In this document: one piece after another, positions 34,826 through 46,219 of the stretch
Layout of the letters: each line of letters starts with the position of its first letter
Numbering within the stretch: position 1 is the first letter of the stretch
Origin: Cyanidioschyzon merolae
Lineage: Eukaryota
Direction: 5' to 3' (one strand)
Assembly (NCBI GenBank): GCA_000091205.1
Contig: AP006484.2
Length of the DNA stretch: 64,000 nucleotides
Notes under the pieces: generated by a model
Database searches by the model: none
What the model was told of the DNA's origin: nothing
Seen by the model: the letters and a program-made list of their open reading frames with translations, nothing else
Position numbers and translations under genes: made by a program

Positions 34826-35390
34826 AGCTTTCCGTATTTTGCAAAGTTCACCTTCTCGGCGGAAAGTCCTGCAGGTCGGACAAGACTACTAGGCTAATAC
34901 GCTGCACTCTACGGAGCGAAGGGTACTGTAGTGAGATCTGGGCAGCCCGTCTGCAACCCAGTTTATTCTGGGAATAGGGTCTGGTATGCTTCGTCTGGGC
35001 ATCGTTTTGGTCGTAGTGCTCTTCTTGCATATCGCTTCGCGTTGTCGCGGGCAGCAAGTCTGTCTGCACAGCTTGCAAGCTCCCGGAATTACACTGAATC
35101 CCGATTCTGTGACTAGTGCACCACACCTCGCGCAGACGCCATCAGTGGTATAGCAAAGCCGTTCTGTCTCCGTGCAGCATCCGCACAGGCGGTATAAGCG
35201 CTATTGTGAGTGCTCAGATCACGTTAGGTGCACAGTGGAACGTGCAAAATAACCAGTATATCCGAGCGGAAGTACGAATAATGGAACTTGGACTTGTTGG
35301 GCAGCCTGCTTGACACTTTTTCGAACGCCAGCATCCATCCCGCTACGCTGGATCCATGGTCCATGGAAACGTTTTGGCAAAGAAAGAAAT
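34826..35390. repeat. dispersed ~560-bp non-coding repeat, copy B
   Basis: Homologous to 24580-25140. It begins with one satellite-like unit (aacgggaacagctttccgtattttgcaaagttcacctt). It lies ~100 bp from the miniature Fanzor-element copy. Confidence 0.7.
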
Positions 35391-35607
35391 TCGCCCACCG
35401 GCGGCATTTGCCGTAGCTGGAGCAGTGCTGGAGCGCTGGGTCGGTGACCACTGCTTGACAAAGTGTCAACGTGCTTCCTTGTTATCTTTATTACTCGCCT
35501 GAAATCCAAAGTGTCTACGTGCGTACGTGCTAGCTGGTTGCGCGGTCGCTAGTTTCATGCTGCGCTTGGACAGAGGCTCAGGATAAATAATCGAGGCGTT
35601 CATAGAA

Positions 35608-36705
35608 ATGTTCCAGGGCCACTTGAGAGCCTTGTTGCGATCAGTAGCGAAACCCAGATTGCTTGGAGAACTTGCGTCGAAATCAACTGCATCACGAGCA
35701 CTTGGTCGACAGAGCACGTTTCGGAGTGCGTTCGGTTGCGTCGGCGCAAGCACCTGGCAGCGCGCAGCTCCTGCCTCCACAACAGCAGCGGCGTCGGCTT
35801 CGGCTGATGGCACCGGCGGTGACCGAGAAGCTCGTGCCTGGGACTGGAAACCGAAGGCAGTACCACCAGCGATCGGGGAGGAGATGGTCAAGTTGCACCG
35901 ACAAGCCCCGGATAAGTGGAGTGCGGTGGCGCTCGCGAAGAAGTACGGATATGATGAGCAGTTTGTGCAGGCCACTTTAGAGTTGGCCGAACTGGAAGCA
36001 AGCGTTCGGGCGCAAGTCAGTGAAAAGGAATGGAACGACGTCTTTGAGCCATTAGCTCGCGTTGCGCAGGAGTTCGAGGCCGCTGCAGCCGAACGTGCTG
36101 GACCAGACTGCCTCGTGCTCGGCATACCAGCACCATGGGAAGTCTTTCCGAAAAAGGCTGTGCGAAGTCGGGCATCGCGTATGATCTTCTACCGCGTTCG
36201 ACGCGACGAAAACGTTGAGACGGCACAAGCTCGTGCCGTTCGAGCCCATCTTGGTGCACCGGACGAAAGCGGCATCGCTGATAAGGCGCTGCCCGCTCCA
36301 CACGCGAAGGATGCCGTCGCTGCCTCTGAGGCCTCGGACGCCGGTGGCCGCAGCACGTCATGGCCATCGCAGCCGTCAGTGCGATACGAAGCGAGCGCTG
36401 GGGCAGCGACTGTCCCGAAACCGCGGGTTCCTTTCATTTTCGTGGAGCGCGCGACAAGTCCTGTGTCTGCCAAGACCGGAAAGTTGCAATCCCAGTTGCG
36501 TGTCGTGGTGCGTGATACCGATGGTACCGTGCGCGAACCTCGTCCCGAAGAGAGAAACTTTGCGTTAGCGGCGTTCGGGTATGGAGCATCGGCGGATGAC
36601 GATCCTCGGACGCCGTTGCACCCACGGCATCCTGGTGCGCCGAAGACGCCGCCTCCGCCTCCGCCTCCGCAGTCAACTGTAAGCCAGGAGTCGAATGCCG
36701 CATGA
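35608..36705 (+). CDS. hypothetical protein with mitochondrial-presequence-like N-terminus
   Basis: ATG at 35608, 365 aa. N-terminus MFQGHLRALLRSVAKPRLLGELASKSTASRALGRQSTFRS is Arg/Ser-rich with no acidic residues. The C-terminus is proline-rich (PPPPPPPQ). I recognise no family. Confidence 0.35.
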   Translation: MFQGHLRALLRSVAKPRLLGELASKSTASRALGRQSTFRSAFGCVGASTWQRAAPASTTAAASASADGTGGDREARAWDWKPKAVPPAIGEEMVKLHRQAPDKWSAVALAKKYGYDEQFVQATLELAELEASVRAQVSEKEWNDVFEPLARVAQEFEAAAAERAGPDCLVLGIPAPWEVFPKKAVRSRASRMIFYRVRRDENVETAQARAVRAHLGAPDESGIADKALPAPHAKDAVAASEASDAGGRSTSWPSQPSVRYEASAGAATVPKPRVPFIFVERATSPVSAKTGKLQSQLRVVVRDTDGTVREPRPEERNFALAAFGYGASADDDPRTPLHPRHPGAPKTPPPPPPPQSTVSQESNAA

Positions 36706-36909
36706 TGTGCACGCTATGTATGATGAAAAAGGCAAGTGCTATTCGCCGAGACAGTGCGCACCCGTGGAGGATGCGGGCGGCGGCGTCCACGACGCTCAAG
36801 CAACTGCGGAACACGCTTTCTCGACTACATTGTGTTTTGTAAAATGTCTTTTTAGAAAAAATTCGCGAGATTCGCGCGGCCGATGAAGCGAGGATAGTCG
36901 CGTGCTGAC

Positions 36910-36914
36910 AAAAA
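36910..36914 (-). terminator. Pol III T5 terminator of the permuted tRNA
   Basis: aaaaa on the plus strand, so TTTTT immediately 3' of the trailer on the minus strand. Confidence 0.4.
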
Positions 36915-36921
36915 GCTGGGA

Positions 36922-37025
36922 TACGAGTGCTGCGCTACTACCACTGAGCTACGAAGGCCCGGCGCTGCGTCTTTGGCAGCTGCTGGGTGAGCCTCCGGCG
37001 TGGATCGAACACGCGACCTCAGCAT
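36922..37025 (-). tRNA. circularly permuted tRNA-Thr(CGU) gene (3' half upstream of 5' half, split in anticodon loop 37/38)
   Basis: Minus strand reads leader gctggtgagacgcgcc, then the 3' half a38-TGCTG-AGGTC-GCGTG-TTCGATC-CACGC-CGGAGGC-t73, then a 31-nt linker, then the 5' half GCCTTCG-TA-GCTC-AGTGGTAG-TAGC-G-CAGCA-CTCGTA(37), then trailer tcccagc and TTTTT. The acceptor stem has 7 bp with one G·U. The anticodon stem CAGCA/TGCTG pairs 5/5. The T-arm GCGTG/CACGC carries the TTCGATC loop. The anticodon loop joins across the halves as C-U-C-G-U-A-A. Leader gctgg pairs with trailer ccagc, which is BHB-like. Confidence 0.6.
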
Positions 37026-37067
37026 GGCGCGTCTCACCAGCACATATGCATCAAACTATGAAAAATT

Positions 37068-37080
37068 TCATATATAAAGA
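37068..37080 (-). promoter_or_regulatory. TATA-like element ~30 nt upstream of the permuted tRNA transcript
   Basis: Plus-strand catatataaagac, minus-strand tctttatata, in an AT-rich patch upstream of the leader. Confidence 0.3.
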
Positions 37081-37770
37081 CGCGGTGCGATCAAAATCGC
37101 CGCGCGCAGTACGTCCATTGGTCGTTCTATATACTATACAATTCAGAGCATAAAGGACAAGAAAGCCGCGCGCGCAGTACGGTGTCGTTCCCCGAGGCCA
37201 ATTTCCAGGCGTTTCTCTGGCACGGGAGGTCGCTGCGCAGACCAAGATTTCCCCGGTTGGACGCGCGATATCCGCACCCATCGAAGCGAAAGGGTCGTAA
37301 CAGTGCTCCCACTGAGGCAACTGTGCGTGCGTGCGTATGCCCTTCCAGACTGGTGCCAATAATTAGATTACGCCGTCTTACACCTGCGTTTCGTGCCGAG
37401 ACGCAAGGCGTTCTCCGTATAGCGCCCACACAACTGGTGGACGCTGGCCCTAGCGAGCGTTCGGCAGCAGCCTGTACGAGCCGTTCGCATCTGTCGCTCT
37501 ATGGCAAGGCCTTGATTTCCAGCCGCCGGGGGCAAGTCCGGCGTTTGTCCTTTGTCATCGATCAACCACAGCATACCAGTCTCCAGCGGGAACTTTTCCA
37601 TCAAGAAGAGCGAATCACCGATTTACTTCACACTCGTCGTTGTCGGTATGCCCGTTCTATGAGTTCGTGCTCTTTCCAGGGCTTGCTGCACTGCCCCGAA
37701 CCGGCCCATATAACCGACGCGCGTTCCCCGCGAACGACATTGAAATGGTAGGCGGATCGACGGCACGCTT

Positions 37771-38904
37771 TCAGGTGCATCTCGCCACATAGTCCTGGTC
37801 ATTCAGTTGTTGCTCCAGAGTCCACTCAAAGAATCGCTGTAAATGTGAGCCAATCCAGGAATCGCCGCGCACAGTGGCCATACCTGAGAAAAATCCGCAA
37901 TGTCCACCATAACTGGTATACGCGAGGCATACCATTGGGTTCCGGATCTCTTCCGGGATCGGCAATGAGCTCGGTGCCATGAACGGGTCGTCACGTGCAT
38001 TAATGATCAAAAGCGGGGTCCGTACACCCCCGAGAAACTGTCCGCAACTGCACTTTCGATAGTAATCGAAGCGATCCTTGAATCCGTATGTCGGTGCGAT
38101 GTACGCGTCATCTATCTCGCCGATGGTTTCCGCCCGCAGCACTCTTTCGAGATCATAGGGCACCTTAGTTGAAAGGCGGCGATTTTTCAGCTTATTCTGA
38201 ATGCTTCGGACGAATCGACGACTATAGACGTACCGTCTGATGAGACCGGAGTCCAACACTGGCTGACTAGCGAGTGCATCGAATGGAACGCAGTACACAG
38301 CAGCCGCTGTGACGCCGAATAGACGAGCGTGCTCCACAAACTCGCCCAAGTACTTGCAGATCACGTTTCCGCCAAGTGAGAAACCCGACAAGAGCAGCGG
38401 CTGCGCGCGCTCGTCAGAGGCGACTGGAGCTACTCGCGAACGAAGCTCCTCGATGAGGAGTTTTAGATCGCTTGTCTCCCCGAGGTGGTACGATTTTGGA
38501 GTGGCATTCGGTTCACCCGAACAGCCGCGAAAGTTCATCGCATATACATTCGCACCCAGACCATTATAGAGCATGTTCGCTAGCTGCAGGGTTTGGATGC
38601 CTCTGGAGCACGACTCCAGACCGTGCAGAACAACTGCCAGCGGACGCGCTGCTCTGGTAGCCGGCAAGCTGTCCTGCACCTCTCCAGGTTCAACGCGTTC
38701 GTCGTGGGCGCCATGCACAGCGCAGTCGACCTCGAACCAGTCCCCATCCGGGGTATGCAACCGGACCCGGTGGGTATAGTGAAAGCCTTTGGGCGCACGT
38801 GTAAGCAGAGCCCCTGCGATGGTCTGGAAGTGCGCGTTCCGGGCCCAGAGCGGAGGAATAAAATCAGGAACCTTGAAAGTATTCACAGCGAATGCGGCAC
38901 TCAT
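37771..38904 (-). CDS. alpha/beta hydrolase (ABHD1/ABHD3 / YheT-like)
   Basis: N-terminus FKVPDFIPPLWARNAHFQTI, then PLAVVLHGLESCSRG, the nucleophile elbow LLLSGFSLGGNV (GxSxG) and a downstream Asp/His region. The track start is TTG. The first ATG is at 38904, giving 378 aa. Confidence 0.7.
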   Translation of the reverse strand: MSAAFAVNTFKVPDFIPPLWARNAHFQTIAGALLTRAPKGFHYTHRVRLHTPDGDWFEVDCAVHGAHDERVEPGEVQDSLPATRAARPLAVVLHGLESCSRGIQTLQLANMLYNGLGANVYAMNFRGCSGEPNATPKSYHLGETSDLKLLIEELRSRVAPVASDERAQPLLLSGFSLGGNVICKYLGEFVEHARLFGVTAAAVYCVPFDALASQPVLDSGLIRRYVYSRRFVRSIQNKLKNRRLSTKVPYDLERVLRAETIGEIDDAYIAPTYGFKDRFDYYRKCSCGQFLGGVRTPLLIINARDDPFMAPSSLPIPEEIRNPMVCLAYTSYGGHCGFFSGMATVRGDSWIGSHLQRFFEWTLEQQLNDQDYVARCT

Positions 38905-41480
38905 AACTGCGACGCAACCCGTGAACGAGCGTGCGATGTTCTTTCGCCGGTCCTTTGACCACAGTCCCGAAAGCGAAGATCGAGACAACTACGAAAGGCG
39001 CACAGGTGATTCGGCGTGAACTATTCTAAGTGCAACGCCTTGGAACCTCGTATGCCAACGTATGAACGATTCAGAGCTTTCCCATAGCTGGAGTGATTTC
39101 AGAGAACATGAAAGCGCAGGACTTGCTCTTTTCGCGGCAGTCTATGTCGCTGCGTTGCACACTCGAGCCGTTCCAGAACGAAGACGCTGCAGCGTGTCTC
39201 GAACCTGCCTCATCGCCAGTGTCACTGACGATTTGCTTTCCGATGCATTGCGCTGGAGCGCTCCTGCGGCATGGTGAATGCTGTCCCCGTTGTGCCGAGA
39301 TTGTGCAACTGCGCATCATGCCTGGAACCTGCGACAGGTGCTTCGTTGCTTCCCGCGATGCCATTTTCCTTTACGCTTCTGGAGATTGCCAGTTCGATGC
39401 ATCAAAATCCTCAGCGGTCTCAAAAATCACCGCATGTCATGAGCGAGCGTACCGGGTACGCGCAGCGCACACGCGCCTGTCGGGGCGACTCTTCGCAGCA
39501 TTTGACAGGGAGACGCAGTGCATCTGTTCCGGTTTTGGTGCTGCTGCTTTCTATTACATTTGCAAATAAAAAAATGACGGAGGACGTCTCTCATTCTTGA
39601 TTGGCCCCAAAAACAGCCTTTCGGGTTTCTTTGAGGCCGAGAGCGCGCACCGAGCGGCAGGGGTGCAGGGCTGTATACCGTACTTGGGAGACCTCCTCCA
39701 GCGCAACGCGTTTCGCTTCCGCCATTCATTGGTCCATGTGTTACTGCGTATGCCTATATCTCTTGGATGCACCGTGGCGGGCGAGTAACACTTTTCCTTG
39801 TTGGTGCCTGCGCAGTCCACAGATGCCACGGATGTCTAGGGTGTCCGTGGCATCGCCCGGTTCATCAGCCTGTGCTGCTGGCATCTATAGCCATGACGCC
39901 CTTTCTCAATGCGTGTCGGACCTTGATGGCATGTTCCAAAGCGCGAAAGGCCTGATGCATACTCTTGGCTGGGTCGTGTTGTCGTCGCTGGCGGCAGCTC
40001 GCGTCGATTGTAGCACCTGACGCGCTCTCCATTTTTCATTGCGGCACGTTCGACGCATTGGACCAGCATATCCCGAATGTGCCACTGTCATAGGCTGTGA
40101 CGCTAGCCACCGTCGTGCCTCCTGGGGCACTTTACGGTGCACGGGTCTCGGACCAGTCGACCCGTCGGAACTGCAGCTTGATGGATCCAGTTCTCTTGCG
40201 GGTGCCGGGCGTGCTCTAAAGGCTCACTGCGACGCTGGATGCATCGCTGCAATGCTCGACATGCGAGAACAGCACTGATTTGCGTCGGGTTTACAGGTGT
40301 TACATGACAGCGAGTTACTCGTCTATTCAGTGGATGTGCACATAGCGGGCGTCGATGCCCGTTGCCGGTCTGCGGACCGCAGTGCCCTCAGTACGATCGT
40401 TCATGCAACACGCTTTCCCTGGAGGGCCGGACATAAATTTCGAACAGACGTACCCTGCCCCCTACTCTGAGAGGAAGAGGATTCACCTGCATCTGAGGTC
40501 GCTCTTGCCTGAGACACGCAGTCCAAGCATTCGCGATGAGTACCCGAACATCGATGATCGAGCGAAGCCCCGGCATCGACACAACGAGCCGCAATCGCTC
40601 GAATTCGTGACTGGTACGCGCTTTTCGGTAGACCCAGGCCGATGTGCAACTATCCGACTATGCGTCCTTGCTTTCACATCAACTGATCGCCCTCGCATCT
40701 CTGTGGCATCTGGACGCGACTTTTACTTGTTATATATGCTCGTATCTGGGTGCGTTTCCCCGAGAATCGGGACTGCAAGTCTTCCAAGATCTATGCGCAG
40801 CATGCCACACATCCGTAGCATTCGCTACATGCATAAGCATATAGTGATATGAATATGTACTTACGTGTATACTTATGGACGCGTGGGTATGCAGCCCCGA
40901 GCGCTCGCGCGATCCCCCGCGTCCGTTGGCTGTGCGTGTCGTGGCGCTCGTCGCCCTCCTGAATCTACACCCCGCCGCCGTGCTGCGTCATCCTCGCACA
41001 AGAACGCGTTCAGATGCGCTCCAGTCGTTGCACGACAATCGAAACACATGCTTCATGGCATGCCGAAGCTCCAGCGTCGATGCATCTCGCCGCCGCCGCC
41101 GCCGCCTCCCTCCAGTACCAGGCCGTACGAGATCTGCGTGCGCCTTTCGCCTGCGCTGCAGCGCCTCGCGATGCTTCCGAGTGCGTGCGTGCGCGCGTGC
41201 GTTGCCCGCCACCGTCCACCACCAGGGGCCGCAGAAACGGCAGCGGCAGCTCTGGAAAAAGCGCGTCCTTCACGAGGCGTACTGCATCTCGCGCTGAACG
41301 CGTGCGCAATTTGCAGTGCAGGCAGCCGATACGTATTAGGAGTACCCGAAGCCTTGAAACCTGTACTTTTACGGGATGTTCGTCGTTTCAAATAGCTTTA
41401 CAGGTTCATTCCAAAGAACGAGCAGGGCGAGAGCGTCACGAATCTGCAGCTCGACACGGAGCACGAGTGAATGCCAGGGG

Positions 41481-41699
41481 ATGCGCGTTCTGCAGAGTAC
41501 CCTCCTGAACGGGGATCGCAAGCACGAGCCCAAAGAGACCAAGGAGCTGGGTTCAGGTGACAAGTTTCCCGCGTGTCGTTGTTGGCGGAGCAAAAAGTTT
41601 CCTATGTGCGACGGATCCCACGCAGCTTACAACAAAGAAACAGGGGATAACGTCGGTCCACTCGTGGTGTCTGTCAAGTCCGGCGGTGCGAGTTCGTAA
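41481..41699 (+). CDS. small CDGSH iron-sulfur domain protein (mitoNEET/CISD-like)
   Basis: ATG at 41481, 72 aa. It contains [30 protein letters not shown], a complete CDGSH motif (C-x-C-x2-S-x3-P-x-CDGSH). Confidence 0.5.
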   Translation: MRVLQSTLLNGDRKHEPKETKELGSGDKFPACRCWRSKKFPMCDGSHAAYNKETGDNVGPLVVSVKSGGASS

Positions 41700-42191
41700 C
41701 GCGCGTACACTCAGTGTGCAGCGCAGGGTCCGCAGCGAGTTTGTCTGCTGGTGAGCAATTCATCGAGGCAGCAACGCCAGGAGCTGGAGTTTGTTTGTGT
41801 TTCGCAGTATAGCGGCTCTGCTGCATTGCAATTCGAGAGTGAAAAGCGCTATGGAAAGGCAGTAGAGGGACAGTGACTCGGTCCAAGGAAAGGCTTCTAT
41901 ACAAAAGTTGCACGTCTGAAGGAGTGAGCCCGCACGCATGCTTTTAAACCTAAACATATTCGATAGGTCAGCATCTTGATTGCCCAGGGTTGATAGGAAA
42001 CCCGACCTACCTCTTGCTGGGGCTGGTCGCGGCTTCCGTGCGCAACCGATGGCCCGCAACGAGCCGACATCAACGCGTAGACGGAAGCTAGCCGGTCTCC
42101 AGACCCTCGCACGCTTGTCGAATCGTCACGGGCATTCTATCATTTGTCGCAAGCTGCCACAGTCATGCTATTCGTCGAAAAGTCTTCGTTT

Positions 42192-44141
42192 TTACGAATG
42201 AACGCGGGTGCGTCCCTTCCGCAGGTGTGCCTCCTCGTCGCACAGGCGGGGTCGATTGACCAAATCAGACCCGTGTCGACGCAAGAGACGATGAGCAGTC
42301 AACAGAAATACCAAACTTGCCACCGTCATTTGCCGTTTTGATTCGAGCAGCGCATAGATAAGAGCACAGATGCTCGCGAGCTCAATCCAGAGCAGCAGCA
42401 GGTACCAGCTGTGCGAGCGCTTCTCCAACAAGCGATGCTGCAGTGCGGTCACGCTCCGATTGAAATTCTGCAGCAAGACATCCACTGCGTCCTGCCGAAG
42501 CCCATCATACGCGTTATTGATGATATAGCGAAGCGCCGCGCTATAGCCGTCTCGGAACACGCCGCTCATCGTTCGACGGCCCGTGCGTGTAAAGTCGGTC
42601 TTCAGAGCCGCACTGCCCGCGTAGTAGTAAGCCATCGCGTCTGCATGGTCAGCCCACAGGCCATTGAAACGCCGTGCAAACTCGGCGCCCTCATCCAAAT
42701 CAATGAATCCCAGCGCGCGGATTTGATCTCTAATCATTCGTTGCGCGATCGCGCTCTGGACAACATTGGTTCGGTCTAAACAGTCGATACAGTTCGTTCG
42801 AATGACGCCGCGTTGGCGTTGAATGATGCAACGGCGCAGCACGTCTGCAGTGAAGACACCCTGGAGGGCAAAAACGCCTTCGAGCTGCGCTACAAGCTCA
42901 TGAACGCGTTCGTAGCGCATGCCCCGGCATTCCCGGTGAAAATCCCATGCGATATACGGAATGTGGAATCGGGACGCCTCCATCTCATAGCGACTCTGGA
43001 GGGTGTGTTCACTCCCGTGCTGATTGACGAGATCCACAACCACAACAGGCTCACCGTACCGCGCAGAAAGCCGCTCGAAATGTCGACCAAAGGCTAGTCC
43101 CGTCGCCGCGTCATCATGACCAACGCGGATCCGCGGCTTGTACTGTAAATTGGGGGTCTGTACCCAGGGTAAAGGTATGCTACCCCGGATCTGTACATAA
43201 GAAGTTAGATAATCGCCGCTACATACGACAGATTCTATTTCGACAAAGTTCGCGACATAGCCGTCACGATCTGCACCCCGCCGAAAGTACCGCACGCCGG
43301 CACGCACGCGACTGCAGCGGGATATCAGTGCGTATTGGGCCTGGTGAACGGAACCGTCCGGCTTGCGGCATCGCACGGGAATCATCTCCACAAAGCCGAA
43401 CAACAGTGGACGTACGAGCGCTTGCACTTGGGTCTTCGTGATGCCTGCAACTCGAGTGTCATCGAGCAGATTTCGCAGCAAGGAAGCGTTCCACGTGAAG
43501 GCGTTCCCCGGGGCACTCGACTCACGCAGGTCTGTGGGTCGATGCATGGACCGGTGCGGTTTGTCCCATTTGAAACAGGTCTCCTGTAGACGCTGGGTGA
43601 TATCCCATTGTGGCGAATAATAAAAGTTTTCGAGTCTGAGCGCTCGATCGAGCAGCCTCCGCAAAGAATCTTCGATGCACCGGGCGACTGGCGTTATAAG
43701 TTCTCGCGACTTGGACAAGTTCCGTATCGGTAACACGCTGAACTTGCGCACGCGTTGCACGCAAATCGGACAGAGCGACATCGTGGCTCGCTCACCAAAC
43801 AGCTTCCCGACGCTGACGCTTTCCGCGACGAATACCAGGTACTCGTTCACGCAGAGTTTCGCCACGCCAACAAGGCACTCAGCCCATACGTCAAATAGCA
43901 CTTTCGCGTACTCCGCATCTTGTGGTGCTGTTTGGAGAAGCCTCTGACCTAAAGCAGGATGGCTCGTTCCGGTGTTAACGCCGTCAGCAGCTCGGTTCGG
44001 CCCCAGCAGGTGCCCCTGGAGTCGATCCCATACGAGCAAGCACTCGACTACGGCCGGTGTAGCTGCATCAACCAGCCCAAGGGCGATCCAGTCTTCGGTG
44101 GCCACACACCGCAGACGGCGCTCCGACCGGGACACATTCAT
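42192..44141 (-). CDS. SAC1: SAC-domain phosphoinositide phosphatase (Sac1-like) with C-terminal transmembrane segments
   Basis: RAGVRYFRRGADRDGYVANFVEIE...IRGSIPLPWVQTPNLQYKPRI matches the Sac domain. The catalytic CX5R(T/S) motif is RTNCIDCLDRTNVVQS, followed by LWADHADAMAYYYAGSAALKTDFTRTG. There is a C-terminal double TM (WYLLLLWIELASICALIYALL). The track start is TTG. The ATG chosen is 44141 (MNVSRS), giving 649 aa. Confidence 0.8.
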   Translation of the reverse strand: MNVSRSERRLRCVATEDWIALGLVDAATPAVVECLLVWDRLQGHLLGPNRAADGVNTGTSHPALGQRLLQTAPQDAEYAKVLFDVWAECLVGVAKLCVNEYLVFVAESVSVGKLFGERATMSLCPICVQRVRKFSVLPIRNLSKSRELITPVARCIEDSLRRLLDRALRLENFYYSPQWDITQRLQETCFKWDKPHRSMHRPTDLRESSAPGNAFTWNASLLRNLLDDTRVAGITKTQVQALVRPLLFGFVEMIPVRCRKPDGSVHQAQYALISRCSRVRAGVRYFRRGADRDGYVANFVEIESVVCSGDYLTSYVQIRGSIPLPWVQTPNLQYKPRIRVGHDDAATGLAFGRHFERLSARYGEPVVVVDLVNQHGSEHTLQSRYEMEASRFHIPYIAWDFHRECRGMRYERVHELVAQLEGVFALQGVFTADVLRRCIIQRQRGVIRTNCIDCLDRTNVVQSAIAQRMIRDQIRALGFIDLDEGAEFARRFNGLWADHADAMAYYYAGSAALKTDFTRTGRRTMSGVFRDGYSAALRYIINNAYDGLRQDAVDVLLQNFNRSVTALQHRLLEKRSHSWYLLLLWIELASICALIYALLESKRQMTVASLVFLLTAHRLLRRHGSDLVNRPRLCDEEAHLRKGRTRVHS

Positions 44142-46219
44142 GGAGCTCGGAGTCGTTAACAATCCAACGCTGGAACCCAACTCGAGCAACGCTCCGTCAA
44201 CGGGTGTGCCAACGGGTTTCAGACGCAGCTGCTGACCCTAGTACGGCATTGCAGACGCGCACGCGCGCACGAACCGCTGCGCCTTGCTGGAAATGCGCTC
44301 ATCGGACGGGCGATTCGGGGCTCGGGCGCGCTTATCACCTGCGGATCTTGCAGTTTCTTCGGATTCATGTATTGAACCCGAGTTCCTCGGATACGTGAAG
44401 GATCTCGGCTGGTAGAGAAGCCTCCACTGTTCATACTCACATGAGCCTGCTGCCTGTCGGTCTTAGAGCCGTGTTCCTGTAGGGAACAGAAGCTGGATGG
44501 GATCCAGCGACCCCGAAAGCACCAATGAAGGGCGCGTGCAGCATTGCTGAATATTTCGTGATACAGTATCAGCGAATCGTGTGATGTTTTCCTGCATACC
44601 CAATTGACGTATTTGAGCAAGGAAGAGAATTCAATGCCTCTATATACGTTTCTGCGTAAATCACAGTCCAGATCAGTCTTCCTATCACGAATCTACGCTG
44701 TAATGGCCAAGAAATCTTGGGCAGGGTAACCAGCACACCGCAAACAATCGCTGCAACGCTGATTGCGGAGCTGCTGCTGCTGCTGCTGCTGCCGTTGTGG
44801 ACAATCATTCGCGACTGAACAGTTCTGCGCTGCCTGTATGCGCGTCGACTCGAGGCCGCCGCCGCCGCCGCCGCCGCGAACGCTCGTGCATCGTGGGCGA
44901 ACGCGCAAAGCCGTTCGTGAACGGTGAATCATAAGCTGGGCTTTCGTGTCACATGTTTTCGTATAAGTCAGCCAGACACTCATGTCATGCAATACGCGGA
45001 AGAGCGCTACTATCCTAACTCGAGCGTACGCTGCACAGTTTGGGTCTGCTCCCACTATCATCGATGCCGGTGTTTGCGGGCTGTTTCAGCGACGGCTTTC
45101 TCTTCTTCCCTCATATACTGGGCGTTACGTACGTCGGTTTCTCCGGTACCTCCAGTTCCACTTTCATCAGTCTTGGGATATTTATGGTTGTGTTCAAGTC
45201 CCGATTCCAATGCTTCTGTCTGTTGTCCATGACTTGCATACACAGGCGCAACTCGCGTTGGACGCTTCGTTTGCCAATTTCATGGACTCTGTATACAGTT
45301 TCGGTGAGCCCTCGGCTGCGCGGACACGTTGCCTTGGTCAGATATTCCCATATGTCCACCAGGCCTCCTCATCTGAAGGTCGATCTGTGAAGCGTGACCG
45401 GCTGCTTCATCGCTTGCAACATGCCCTTGACGAGTACAGAAGGCGAGCCTCGGTACCGCCCTCTGTATCCGCGCCATGAGCTGGGCGCTATGCTCGCGAG
45501 CGTCCCCTTAACGATTCCTCGGCGAGTACGCTGTCCGCTGCACACGCTGTTCCATTCCATAGCATACTTGTCGGATGCGATGTCGTCCATGGTGAAACGG
45601 GTACTGAAAGGAAGATCCTGGCCGGAGAACAAGTCGTGAAATTTCGTACCGTCTGCACTCTTGTAGTACGAAGTGGAGGCGCACGTTGCGCCGGAACCGA
45701 CCGCTGCGATGACTCTAGTTCGTGTCTACGACGTTTTCCTAGCTTACATAAGATACAAGATCTTCTCTAGGCATATCACTTGCTAGTTATAATGCTGTTG
45801 CCGAATGCGTTCGTCGATTGCCACAAATAGAGGATAATTTGAATTCCGAAGGGATTCAATTATGCGACATGATAAGTTCAGTGACCTTTTCGCATGAGCT
45901 TTTGAACAAATCGCCAACGGACAATGCCGCGTATCGCTTTCCTCGGTAGCCCGGCAGCGCGGATAGCTGCGCCCTCGAGTCGCCATGAAACGGAAAGATC
46001 ATCCGTTTGAAGCAGGCATGATTTGAGTCTGCTATACGTAAGGAAATCAGAATCGTGATGCGTTTTACGTATGGGTTGGGTAATGATATCGGTTCGGTTA
46101 CGAAACCTTATCTCAGGACGTCACGGAACGTCTTTGTTCCTGTATCGTAACAAAGTCGACGGACGATGCGCCGAAATAGTCTCTCCCGAACGACGACCAT
46201 GCATCCTAAATTGACGATA

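Noticed and set aside
39108-39569. 153-aa Cys-rich ORF (possible zinc-binding protein)
   Set aside because: The Cys spacing does not match any finger class I can name confidently. I left it unannotated.
40865-41395. 176-aa GC-rich ORF upstream of the CDGSH gene
   Set aside because: It is Pro/Ala/Arg-rich low complexity produced by GC-rich sequence (gccgccgcc runs). There is no domain signal.
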